14,023 bases of DNA from a virus (Duplodnaviria > Heunggongvirae > Uroviricota > Caudoviricetes). Position numbers and translations under genes: made by a program. The notes below the pieces were generated by a model that had not been told where the DNA came from, made no database searches, and was given only the letters and a program-made list of their open reading frames with translations. The stretch covers positions 172,810 to 186,832 of IMG/VR virus record IMGVR_UViG_3300042868_008486; one strand, 5' to 3'. This document shows, one piece after another, positions 6,581-14,023 of the stretch. Position 1 is the stretch's first letter. Every line of letters begins with the position of its first letter.

Positions 6581-7479
6581 CGCATATCATAATAATACTC
6601 CTCTTTTATTTCACCCCGTAAATCAGCAATATCTGACTCTCCCGGTAGTTTAATCACTTTTATTTTCCCATATAACCCACCACCATTCAATTCGTGGAAT
6701 AATTTTACAGAGTTTGGCCAAGCGTCGGCATCCAAACAAATTATAATATTCCCCATCGCTTTTTGATAGATAGTGTCGAATAATAACTCGGACATATGTT
6801 TACCTAACATAGGAATACTATTGGGTACGAAGAACCCATCAAATACCCCCTCAACTAAGTATATGTCCTGATTCCAATTAATCAAACTCTCATTGAATAT
6901 GATTTTATCTTTCTCAGCTTCAGGGTTTTTATATTTCGCTTTAGTATTAGGATACCAACTTCTTGCAATATAATAGTTTAATTTACCAAAACTATCATAA
7001 GAAGGGACGATAATCCTACCTGCGTGGTCACCTGTTCCACAAAAACCAATCTTGTATTTTTCGATAATTTCATCAGTAATACCCCTACTTTGTAGGTAAT
7101 TATACGCTTGTCTCCTAACAGGGTATGCCGGACTAACATCCTTGAATAATTTAAAATCATCAGGTAACTTTAATTTGACGTATTTCTTTTCTTTAGGTTT
7201 AAACGCCTCAGGTTGAAGAACTTCATATATCTTCTTTTGTTTTTTATTCCCATATAAATCAAATAGTTTACCCAAAGGTCCGTGAGTTCCGTTTTCGTCA
7301 GAACAACTCCAACATTTATATACGTGTGAGAAGTAATTAACTTCAAGATTACCTTTATGTCTCCCGTCATCACAAACAGGACAATCAAACGAGATTTGAC
7401 CTCTTGATTCATAATGTAAGTGTTCATCACCTAAAACATCACATAACAACTCTACCAATATTTCTTTATCATCAGACAT
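6577..7479 (-). CDS. dnaG: DnaG-type (Toprim) phage DNA primase with N-terminal Zn-binding domain, ~300 aa
   Basis: CPVC...KCWSC zinc-binding domain, YLQSRGI, GRIIVPSYD, KYKNP, Toprim IYLVEGVFD and CLDAD. The start is moved from 7515 to the ATG at 7479 (MSDDKEIL) because the longer start overlaps the divergent regulatory gap. The symbol is a family label. Confidence 0.93.
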   Translation of the reverse strand: MSDDKEILVELLCDVLGDEHLHYESRGQISFDCPVCDDGRHKGNLEVNYFSHVYKCWSCSDENGTHGPLGKLFDLYGNKKQKKIYEVLQPEAFKPKEKKYVKLKLPDDFKLFKDVSPAYPVRRQAYNYLQSRGITDEIIEKYKIGFCGTGDHAGRIIVPSYDSFGKLNYYIARSWYPNTKAKYKNPEAEKDKIIFNESLINWNQDIYLVEGVFDGFFVPNSIPMLGKHMSELLFDTIYQKAMGNIIICLDADAWPNSVKLFHELNGGGLYGKIKVIKLPGESDIADLRGEIKEEYYYDMR

Positions 7480-7495
7480 AACACCAAAAATAATC

Positions 7496-7503
7496 ATAAA
7501 TAT
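7496..7503 (-). promoter_or_regulatory. ATATTTAT motif upstream of the primase operon
   Basis: Plus strand ataaatat at 7496-7503 equals minus-strand ATATTTAT, ending 16 nt before the primase ATG. Confidence 0.4.
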
Positions 7504-7517
7504 TAAACTAATCAACC

Positions 7518-7551
7518 TTCACAAGTTTCCATCAGTCTTTATATTTATTAT
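7518..7551 (+). promoter_or_regulatory. Putative promoter TTCACA-N18-TATTTAT (ATATTTATTAT box) for the plus-strand module
   Basis: ttcaca at 7518-7523 and atatttattat at 7541-7551, 14 nt before ATG 7566. The same 11-mer precedes ATG 12349. Confidence 0.45.
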
Positions 7552-7565
7552 AAAACAAAAAAACA

Positions 7566-7781
7566 ATGCCTAAAATAATAACAATTACCGATATTACGGG
7601 CTCAACCCCATTTAATGTTTCGTTATGTGACAATCCCGTCACAATATGTGTTTATATTGACACTATAACAACATTACCATATTCGTTCGAGGTTCCACAA
7701 ATTATTCAAAGCCAAGACGACTTCACATTAAAAGTCGAAGATGAAAATGGGTGTATTAACTATTCAATTTTAACATTATAA
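7566..7781 (+). CDS. Small Cys-containing beta-rich protein, 71 aa; stand-alone paralogue of the N-terminal domain of the 12349 ORF
   Basis: Track ORF. ITITDITG-STPFNVSLCD-x5-C...KVEDENGC aligns by eye with [19 protein letters not shown]-x5-C...KVVSHDC. Confidence 0.8.
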   Translation: MPKIITITDITGSTPFNVSLCDNPVTICVYIDTITTLPYSFEVPQIIQSQDDFTLKVEDENGCINYSILTL

Positions 7782-7782
7782 T

Positions 7783-9273
7783 ATGGATTGTCCTACAGAA
7801 TATTGCATAAGTAACACTAATATCCCAACATATAATGATAACTTTTCATTTAATGGTGATTACGACGGATACTATAGTTGGTCAGGTTATACAAATGGCT
7901 ATTTTATTTATTTTAAAACAGAAACAACACAATGGTGTTTATCCGACACTTTAGGTGGTGATTGTTTATTATCGGGTAAATCACCCTGTACTAGCGAATG
8001 TCCTGATTTATTTGGGGCTTACTTTTCAACAGGTATTTGTGTAACCCCAACACCAACACCAACAAATAATTGTTCTGTTTTAGATTTCGAATCCTTTTTT
8101 GATTGTTCACCAATTAGTTACTTAACCCCAACACCTACATCAACAACAACCACTACCCCAACCCCAACACCAACATCAACTAACTTTTGTAATCTCTTAA
8201 ATGTTGATGCCGACATAGTTAGTATATCTTCAACACCAACACCAACCCCGACACCAACACCAACATCGTCAAAACCCGTAACTAGAAATTGTTCATTTGG
8301 GGGTGATGTAACATTTAACACCGTTAATGTGAATATTAATTGCCCAATCAGTAAACAATTCAGTGATTGTAATGAACCTAATATCATCTACACAACAACC
8401 GATGTTTTAACAGTTCAAGGTGGTTCCGAACTTTCACAATATATGGTATTTAACGCATATGTCGATGGTAATGTTAAATGTATCTCATATATTGGCGTTA
8501 CTTATGACACCATAGGTGGTAATTCAATTGAATTGAATACCCCACCATTAGGTTATTCTAATTTAGGTGGTTGTACTTTTTGTCAACCAACAAGGACTCC
8601 AACACCTACACCAACAGGAACACCAATTCCAACACCAACACCTACACCTACAAGGACCCAAACACCAACACCTACACCTACTAATACTCCAACAAGGACC
8701 CAAACACCAACACCTACTAACACTCCAACACCTACTAACACTCCAACACCTACTAACACACCTACAAGTACAATCCCATCAATTAATTATTGTGCTAGAA
8801 GTCCATTTACAGATGGTATAACAACGAGTTCTGTTAGTTCAACAGGATGGAAATGGTTTATGTGGGAAAGAGGATATAATAACCACTATTCATATCCTGA
8901 TGGTGAATTCGACCCTAATACTTTAACTTTATTAAATTTCCCGTGGTCAAACGATTCCCAATATAGTGCAACTTCGGTTAATTTCACAACAGAGTATATG
9001 AACCCTTCATTCTATAATTACTTTGGTTATATGGAAGTTATTGTTATGAACTGTTCACAAAATCAATTTTATATAGTCGATAAATGGTTAACACAATACG
9101 GACAACCAAGAAGATATTGGCCGTCAAAAACATTAACCGCATTACCACCAACAACAGGAACTTACGTTTCAGGTTTGTGGGCAACAACTCAACCATATGA
9201 TGTGAAAAACCCAAAATACAATACTTGGGGTAATTTCCCAACTTGGCCACCTAATAATAGTCCAAACCCTTAA
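7783..9273 (+). CDS. Cys-rich modular protein with Pro/Thr linkers, putative virion fibre/adhesin, 496 aa
   Basis: About 18 Cys by hand count, four PT-rich tracts separating small domains, and an aromatic-rich C-terminal domain. No N-terminal signal peptide is evident. The function is inferred. Confidence 0.75.
   Translation: MDCPTEYCISNTNIPTYNDNFSFNGDYDGYYSWSGYTNGYFIYFKTETTQWCLSDTLGGDCLLSGKSPCTSECPDLFGAYFSTGICVTPTPTPTNNCSVLDFESFFDCSPISYLTPTPTSTTTTTPTPTPTSTNFCNLLNVDADIVSISSTPTPTPTPTPTSSKPVTRNCSFGGDVTFNTVNVNINCPISKQFSDCNEPNIIYTTTDVLTVQGGSELSQYMVFNAYVDGNVKCISYIGVTYDTIGGNSIELNTPPLGYSNLGGCTFCQPTRTPTPTPTGTPIPTPTPTPTRTQTPTPTPTNTPTRTQTPTPTNTPTPTNTPTPTNTPTSTIPSINYCARSPFTDGITTSSVSSTGWKWFMWERGYNNHYSYPDGEFDPNTLTLLNFPWSNDSQYSATSVNFTTEYMNPSFYNYFGYMEVIVMNCSQNQFYIVDKWLTQYGQPRRYWPSKTLTALPPTTGTYVSGLWATTQPYDVKNPKYNTWGNFPTWPPNNSPNP
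8044..8772 (+). repeat. Four Pro/Thr low-complexity linker tracts (about 8044-8064, 8125-8181, 8229-8270, 8587-8772)
   Basis: (TP)n, TPTRTQ and TPTN runs in the translation. Includes an 18-nt tandem unit acacctactaacactcca at 8710-8745, followed by a partial third copy. Confidence 0.85.
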
Positions 9274-9285
9274 TATTTAAAAATT

Positions 9286-10062
9286 ATGAATTTTACTAAT
9301 CAACATCAACCTTATATTTTTAAGAACATAAATAATGAAATTAACATTATTGTTAGTGAATTTAGTCGTGATGGTATCACCTTTAATTTTGGAAATTATC
9401 AATCAACTGAAGATAGATGGAAATTACATCTATTAGACGCTAATTTCGTTAAAACAGTCATTAACACTCCCAATACTATAATATATGACGATATAACCTA
9501 TGATGTTATTGCGGAATGTAATGGTTATGTTGAAGACAATAAAATAAGTTATGTTATTGGTGGTTTTGACAAAATAAACCAATATTATTTCTATTTTTTG
9601 GTTTCAGGCGAATTTAATAATAACACAGTGTCTAACTTAAATGTTTTGGGAAGACATAGAACTGGGTTCCACAAACAAAACGATATTTACACAATTAATA
9701 AAAATAAAATCACAAGAAATAATTTAGAACTAGACATTAATCTAAACCCGTACCTGATTTCAATTGTGAGAATTATTCCAATATACGGTCATAATAAAAT
9801 GTTAATAACCGGTACTGACCATACAACAAATCACATAACATTGTTATATGATTTGGGTAACAATACATTACAAAAAATAACTACCCCAACGACTGACCAT
9901 ATTTATAAATCATCAATATATGATTATGATAATACCAAATTAATGGCTTATACCGATAAAATATATTCGACAGATAATTATGAAAAATTACAATTATCAC
10001 AATCAAGTCATAATTATAACCTAAACATTGAATCAGATTTCATTCTCAGTGAATTAAATTGA
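9286..10062 (+). CDS. Hypothetical Asn/Ile/Tyr-rich beta-strand protein, 258 aa
   Basis: Track ORF with an A-rich leader. Short hydrophobic strands separated by D/N/G turns, possibly propeller-like; only one Cys, unlike its neighbours. Confidence 0.75.
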   Translation: MNFTNQHQPYIFKNINNEINIIVSEFSRDGITFNFGNYQSTEDRWKLHLLDANFVKTVINTPNTIIYDDITYDVIAECNGYVEDNKISYVIGGFDKINQYYFYFLVSGEFNNNTVSNLNVLGRHRTGFHKQNDIYTINKNKITRNNLELDINLNPYLISIVRIIPIYGHNKMLITGTDHTTNHITLLYDLGNNTLQKITTPTTDHIYKSSIYDYDNTKLMAYTDKIYSTDNYEKLQLSQSSHNYNLNIESDFILSELN

Positions 10063-10092
10063 TTGACCAAAAGTTCTTATAACTATTATAAT
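10063..10092 (+). promoter_or_regulatory. Near-consensus sigma70-type promoter TTGACC-N18-TATAAT
   Basis: ttgacc at 10063-10068 and tataat at 10087-10092, in the intergenic gap 15 nt before ATG 10108. Confidence 0.6.
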
Positions 10093-10107
10093 AATAAATA
10101 AAAAAAT

Positions 10108-12312
10108 ATGCCGTTTTCAGTATCAACGTGTTTAACAGGATTAGGGACCGTAACATTAGGTCCCACATTAACAATATATAGTAACCCAATTCCGCCTAAT
10201 AATCAAGGTGTTTTTGTTGGTAATGTCGCAACATCATTAATCACAGGAAATGCTTGTCCTTACACTTTCGTTGTACCTGATGGGACCACAACAGTACGTT
10301 TATTCGACCCCGTTACTTTTTGTTATGCCGACATACCTGTAAGTAATAATAATGTCTGTTCAACGTGTAATTTAACTTTTACCTCGATTAGTAACAACCT
10401 TTTATCAACAATAAATGTCGGTTCTTTAGCCGGTACTTGTGACCCAGCAATCACTGATTATAGAATTAATTGGTATGGACCTAATAATTCAACACTATTA
10501 GCTTTTACTTCAGGTGCGGGAACTATATGGCCCGTTAGAGACGCCACTCAACCAATAACACCAACATCACTTGATGCTCCATTTTTAGAACCCGGAACTT
10601 ATGTTTCTAAAATCACTGAAGTTGAGCTAAATAATGTTAGATTCTCATATATCGGAGGAACCAATAACGTATTATCACCAAGTCTATTAAATTGTTCATA
10701 CACCGTATCTGTCTCACCTTATACTTGTCTTAATGGTTCTCCCCAACCAATTGATGGTTATTATGCACATCAAAAAACCTACATAACCGATGGTTCGTCA
10801 CCACCAAAATCAGGGAATGCGACAATTTCGTTAGGCGCCGGAACTCAATCCCTTATTTGGGCATTTTCAGGAGTTTCTATTTATGATACCTTAACGTTAA
10901 CATTTAACGGTAGTAGTTATTCAAACCCCATAGTTCTTGAAAGTTTTAGATTAGGCGGTGATGTTTCAAACGATACACGACCAACCACTTTTCCAAAAAC
11001 ATATGGTAATTCAGGTGAATTTAAAAAAATAACAATGTTAACAGGTTTAATTGTTAATAACAATGATACAATTGTGATTAATGTAACCCCAAACCCTAAT
11101 CCCGCATATGCAACATCTTGGAATTTAAAATTTGGTTGCCGTACTAACACACCTGCAAGTAAAATTTGTTTAGATGATTATAAAAATAAACCTTATAAGA
11201 TTCAAAAAAGTTCAATCCTTGCAACACCAATTTCTTGTGGTAATGTCAAAATATATTTTGAAATTAGTGGTTGTAGTACTAATGATAATGCGTTATTCTT
11301 CAATTCTGATTTGGTTAAACTAACATCATATATTGATAATGGGGTTTACAGTTTTGATAATACTACGAAATTAAGGTCATTTGGGTATGACTATTTTAGG
11401 CCACAATTATCCTCAATAAACCAAAACAACTCATCTTTAACATCAGAATGTACTAGTTCAGGTGCGAACACCGGAACCATAACAATTAGTAAATCAAATG
11501 TTAATGAGTTCACTATTTTTTGTAGTAATCAATCCGACATATTAGCGTTCGAATCATCATTTAACACTAGTAGAAACACCGCAATTAATACCGCAGGTCT
11601 TCCCGCATATACCCCGAATGACCCAACAAACATTAATTATTATCGTTTTTTCCAACTTGAATATTATACAAACTTAGGGAATTATTCTTGTGGTGATGGG
11701 GCTATAGTTACATCGGCGTGGTTACACTGTAATTCAACCTACACATTAAACCCAACTGTTGGTGGTTATCTTATGACTATACAGACCCCTTTGATATCAT
11801 ACAATCACCCTTGTACTGGTTGTAATCCTGGTTGTTCTAATTTGTTATATTACGTAACACAAGCTAACAATCTTAGAAACTCAACTTTTAATTATTCAAA
11901 CACGTCAGGTCTAAGAAAAACAAACCCTTTTAGGTTTTCTATGGCATATTCCGAAGGTTCAACGCCCGCCATTATGGAAAGAGAATTTATTGGTACTGTT
12001 AATGTTAGCCCTAAATATTCGACAAATACCTACGCGTCAACAAGTGATGGGTTAAACACTTTATTACCTTCGTTATCCGCAACATCTTGGGATTGGGAAA
12101 ACCATTTTGCCGAGGTTGACGCGACTACAGTAAACCCATTTTATAGACAACAACTTTTTAAATATAAAATAGTTGTCGTAACATTCACTCCATTAAGATT
12201 CCAACTATTTGGAGCACCAATTACTAATTTTTTAGCAGGTGCTTATGACCCAACACCTATTTATGACTCTTTATTCCCAAACTCATATAATAGTACTTAT
12301 ATATATGTTTAA
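10108..12312 (+). CDS. Large Cys/Thr/Ser/Asn-rich multidomain beta protein, putative virion structural/fibre protein, 734 aa
   Basis: Track ORF with about 19 Cys by hand count (including PCTGCNPGC), beta-rich composition and few charged residues. No signal peptide is evident. The function is inferred from composition and context. Confidence 0.75.
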   Translation: MPFSVSTCLTGLGTVTLGPTLTIYSNPIPPNNQGVFVGNVATSLITGNACPYTFVVPDGTTTVRLFDPVTFCYADIPVSNNNVCSTCNLTFTSISNNLLSTINVGSLAGTCDPAITDYRINWYGPNNSTLLAFTSGAGTIWPVRDATQPITPTSLDAPFLEPGTYVSKITEVELNNVRFSYIGGTNNVLSPSLLNCSYTVSVSPYTCLNGSPQPIDGYYAHQKTYITDGSSPPKSGNATISLGAGTQSLIWAFSGVSIYDTLTLTFNGSSYSNPIVLESFRLGGDVSNDTRPTTFPKTYGNSGEFKKITMLTGLIVNNNDTIVINVTPNPNPAYATSWNLKFGCRTNTPASKICLDDYKNKPYKIQKSSILATPISCGNVKIYFEISGCSTNDNALFFNSDLVKLTSYIDNGVYSFDNTTKLRSFGYDYFRPQLSSINQNNSSLTSECTSSGANTGTITISKSNVNEFTIFCSNQSDILAFESSFNTSRNTAINTAGLPAYTPNDPTNINYYRFFQLEYYTNLGNYSCGDGAIVTSAWLHCNSTYTLNPTVGGYLMTIQTPLISYNHPCTGCNPGCSNLLYYVTQANNLRNSTFNYSNTSGLRKTNPFRFSMAYSEGSTPAIMEREFIGTVNVSPKYSTNTYASTSDGLNTLLPSLSATSWDWENHFAEVDATTVNPFYRQQLFKYKIVVVTFTPLRFQLFGAPITNFLAGAYDPTPIYDSLFPNSYNSTYIYV

Positions 12313-12328
12313 TTAAACTCAACTTTGA

Positions 12329-12339
12329 ATATTTATTAT
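12329..12339 (+). promoter_or_regulatory. ATATTTATTAT box upstream of the Thr/Pro stalk gene
   Basis: Exact 11-mer match to 7541-7551, ending 9 nt before ATG 12349. Confidence 0.45.
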
Positions 12340-12348
12340 TAAAAGAGT

Positions 12349-14023
12349 ATGACTTCAATTCAAATTACCGAGATAACAGGGTTAGCACTTCCATACAATA
12401 TATATGTATGTGATGTGTTCGGTAATCAATGTTCTTTAGTTGCTACAGTTAATACTAATATACCCCCAATCACATCATTATTATTACCCCCACAATTTAA
12501 CACCGCTCCTGCCGTTGGAGTTAAGGTAGTTTCTCACGATTGTACGAGATTTAACATTGTTTATTGTTACTTAGTGTACACAAGAACTCCTACACCAACA
12601 CCAACAAACACACCTACCCTTACTCCAACACCAACAAACACTCCCACACCAACCCCAACTCCAACAGAAACACCAACTCAAACACCTACTGAAACCCCAA
12701 CTAACACCCCAACGAACACACCTACTCTTACACCTACCCCAACTGAAACACCAACTAATACACCAACGAACACTCCAACCGAAACCCCAACAAACACACC
12801 GACAAACACCCCAACCGAAACCCCAACAAACACACCGACAAACACCCCAACCGAAACTCCAACTAATACACCAACAAATACGCCAACAAATACGCCGACG
12901 AATACCCCAACAAATACACCAACAAGTACTGTTACTCCAACTAATACACCAACTAACACCCCAACCGAAACTCCAACTAATACACCAACTAATACCCCAA
13001 CAAATACCCCAACCGAAACTCCAACAAATACCCCAACAAGCACCGTAACACCAACAAATACCCCAACTAACACTCCAACTAATACTCCAACTAATACACC
13101 AACTAATACACCAACAAATACTCCAACAAACACTCCAACAAACACACCAACAAGTACTGTTACTCCGACGAATACACCAACTAATACACCAACTAATACA
13201 CCAACGAACACTCCAACTAACACACCTACTGAAACACCAACTAATACACCTACGAACACGCCTACGAATACCCCGACAAGTACTGTTACTCCGACTAACA
13301 CCCCAACAAATACGCCTACTAATACCCCAACTCAAACACCAACTAATACCCCAACGAACACTCCAACAAATACCCCAACAAACACACCAACAAGTACTGT
13401 TACTCCTACTAACACACCAACTAATACACCGACTAATACTCCGACAGAAACCCCAACTAATACACCGACTAATACACCTACAAATACACCAACAAATACA
13501 CCTACAAATACTCCAACAAATACTGTCACACCAACAAATACACCAACGAACACACCTACTAACACCCCAACGAACACACCTACGAATACCCCGACAAATA
13601 CACCAACAAATACACCAACGAACACGCCAACTAATACCCCAACTAATACGCCAACAAGTACTGTCACTCCGACTAATACGCCAACTAATACCCCAACTAA
13701 TACGCCAACAAACACTCCAACAAGTACTGTCACACCAACGAATACTCCGACTAACACACCAACTAACACTCCAACAAGTACTGTCACACCAACTAATACC
13801 CCAACTAATACGCCAACAAACACTCCAACAAGTACTGTCACACCAACGAATACTCCGACTAACACACCAACTAACACTCCAACAAGTACTGTCACACCAA
13901 CTAATACCCCAACTAATACGCCAACAAACACTCCAACAAGTACTGTCACACCAACGAATACTCCGACTAACACACCAACTAACACTCCAACAAGTACTGT
14001 CACACCAACTAATACCCCAACTA
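12349..14023 (+). CDS. Thr/Pro-repeat stalk protein with a ~78-aa Cys-containing N-terminal domain; partial, at least 558 aa, runs off the right edge
   Basis: Hand translation: [79 protein letters not shown], then TPT[N/E/Q/L] repeats open to the end. Synonymous third-position variation shows this is the coding frame. Absent from the track because it has no stop. Confidence 0.92.
   Translation, partial: MTSIQITEITGLALPYNIYVCDVFGNQCSLVATVNTNIPPITSLLLPPQFNTAPAVGVKVVSHDCTRFNIVYCYLVYTRTPTPTPTNTPTLTPTPTNTPTPTPTPTETPTQTPTETPTNTPTNTPTLTPTPTETPTNTPTNTPTETPTNTPTNTPTETPTNTPTNTPTETPTNTPTNTPTNTPTNTPTNTPTSTVTPTNTPTNTPTETPTNTPTNTPTNTPTETPTNTPTSTVTPTNTPTNTPTNTPTNTPTNTPTNTPTNTPTNTPTSTVTPTNTPTNTPTNTPTNTPTNTPTETPTNTPTNTPTNTPTSTVTPTNTPTNTPTNTPTQTPTNTPTNTPTNTPTNTPTSTVTPTNTPTNTPTNTPTETPTNTPTNTPTNTPTNTPTNTPTNTVTPTNTPTNTPTNTPTNTPTNTPTNTPTNTPTNTPTNTPTNTPTSTVTPTNTPTNTPTNTPTNTPTSTVTPTNTPTNTPTNTPTSTVTPTNTPTNTPTNTPTSTVTPTNTPTNTPTNTPTSTVTPTNTPTNTPTNTPTSTVTPTNTPTNTPTNTPTSTVTPTNTPT
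12586..14023 (+). repeat. Coding tandem repeat: 12-nt (NTPT) units punctuated by STVTPT
   Basis: About 479 codons. STVT-type punctuation begins at 12925, 13039, 13153, 13279, 13393, 13519 (NTVT), 13657, 13723, 13777, 13831, 13885, 13939 and 13993. Confidence 0.95.
13681..14023 (+). repeat. Perfect 108-bp tandem repeat (about 3.2 copies; alternating 54-bp A/B subunits)
   Basis: Units at 13723, 13831 and 13939 are nucleotide-identical (A). Units at 13777 and 13885, and the partial unit at 13993, are identical (B). A and B encode the same 18 aa with different synonymous codons. Confidence 0.9.

Noticed and set aside
5301-7430. Short alternative-frame or antisense ORFs (5301..5534, 5936..6124, 5997..6206, 6193..6411, 6292..6549, 6978..7160, 7170..7430)
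   Set aside because: All overlap confidently assigned genes and show no motifs or plausible initiation context.
7480-7515. Hydrophobic N-terminal extension MISLIFMIIFGV on the primase (signal or membrane anchor)
   Set aside because: It is more simply the AT-rich divergent regulatory gap read in frame. It contains the ATATTTAT box, and the ATG at 7479 gives a normal primase N-terminus.
7779-7785. Programmed frameshift or readthrough fusing the 71-aa module to the 496-aa protein
   Set aside because: The two ORFs are in different frames, no slippery heptamer or downstream structure is visible, and the same TAA-T-ATG junction is used at three other ordinary gene boundaries.
8118-11150. ORFs 8118..8387, 8567..8821, 9044..9250 and 10917..11150
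   Set aside because: They are nested in or antisense to the 496-aa and 734-aa genes. The His/Leu/Gln-rich and Gly/Val-rich translations are frame-shifted or antisense readings of PT linkers.
12571-14003. Three long minus-strand ORFs (254, 207 and 223 aa; GV-rich or W/C-rich)
   Set aside because: They are antisense shadows of the TPTN repeat. The real gene is on the plus strand from ATG 12349, with a complex N-terminal domain and wobble-position variation in that frame.
12586-14023. CRISPR array or DGR-type repeat, given the nearby Cas4-like nuclease
   Set aside because: The repeats are in-frame coding units with no unique spacers. There are no cas genes, no reverse transcriptase and no adenine-specific TR/VR pair in the window.
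1-14023. Stop-codon reassignment (TAG recoding, as in some large phages)
   Set aside because: No accepted gene ends in TAG, but all genes are intact under the standard code and none needs TAG or TGA readthrough. TAA dominance is expected at this AT content, so there is no positive evidence in this window.

Overview
AT-rich, densely coded window that reads as part of a large (probably jumbo) tailed dsDNA phage genome. This is inferred from gene content and the lack of cellular housekeeping genes. It has two divergent modules that meet at about 7480-7565. (1) Minus strand, 7479 to beyond position 1: a replication/recombination operon with a DnaG/Toprim primase, a PD-(D/E)XK nuclease, several small hypothetical proteins (one 31-aa ORF is absent from the ORF track), an SbcD/Mre11/gp47-like nuclease, a VPV-repeat coiled-coil protein, a DUF1360-like CxxC membrane protein and an SbcC/Rad50/gp46-like ATPase. 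The ATPase runs off the left edge and is absent from the ORF track. (2) Plus strand, 7566 to beyond the end: Cys-rich, Pro/Thr-linker, probably virion-surface proteins, ending in an ORF of at least 558 aa (also absent from the track) with a roughly 480-residue (X-Thr)n stalk. Main observation: the Mre11-Rad50 pair appears re-partitioned. The nuclease gene stops just after its catalytic domain, and a ~113-aa segment resembling the missing Mre11/gp47 C-terminal cap and Rad50-binding region sits at the N-terminus of the Rad50 ATPase, which also has a deviant P-loop. Second observation: a ~70-aa Cys-containing module occurs both as a free protein and as the N-terminal head of the Thr/Pro stalk protein. 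All function calls come from motif reading by eye; no database search was run.
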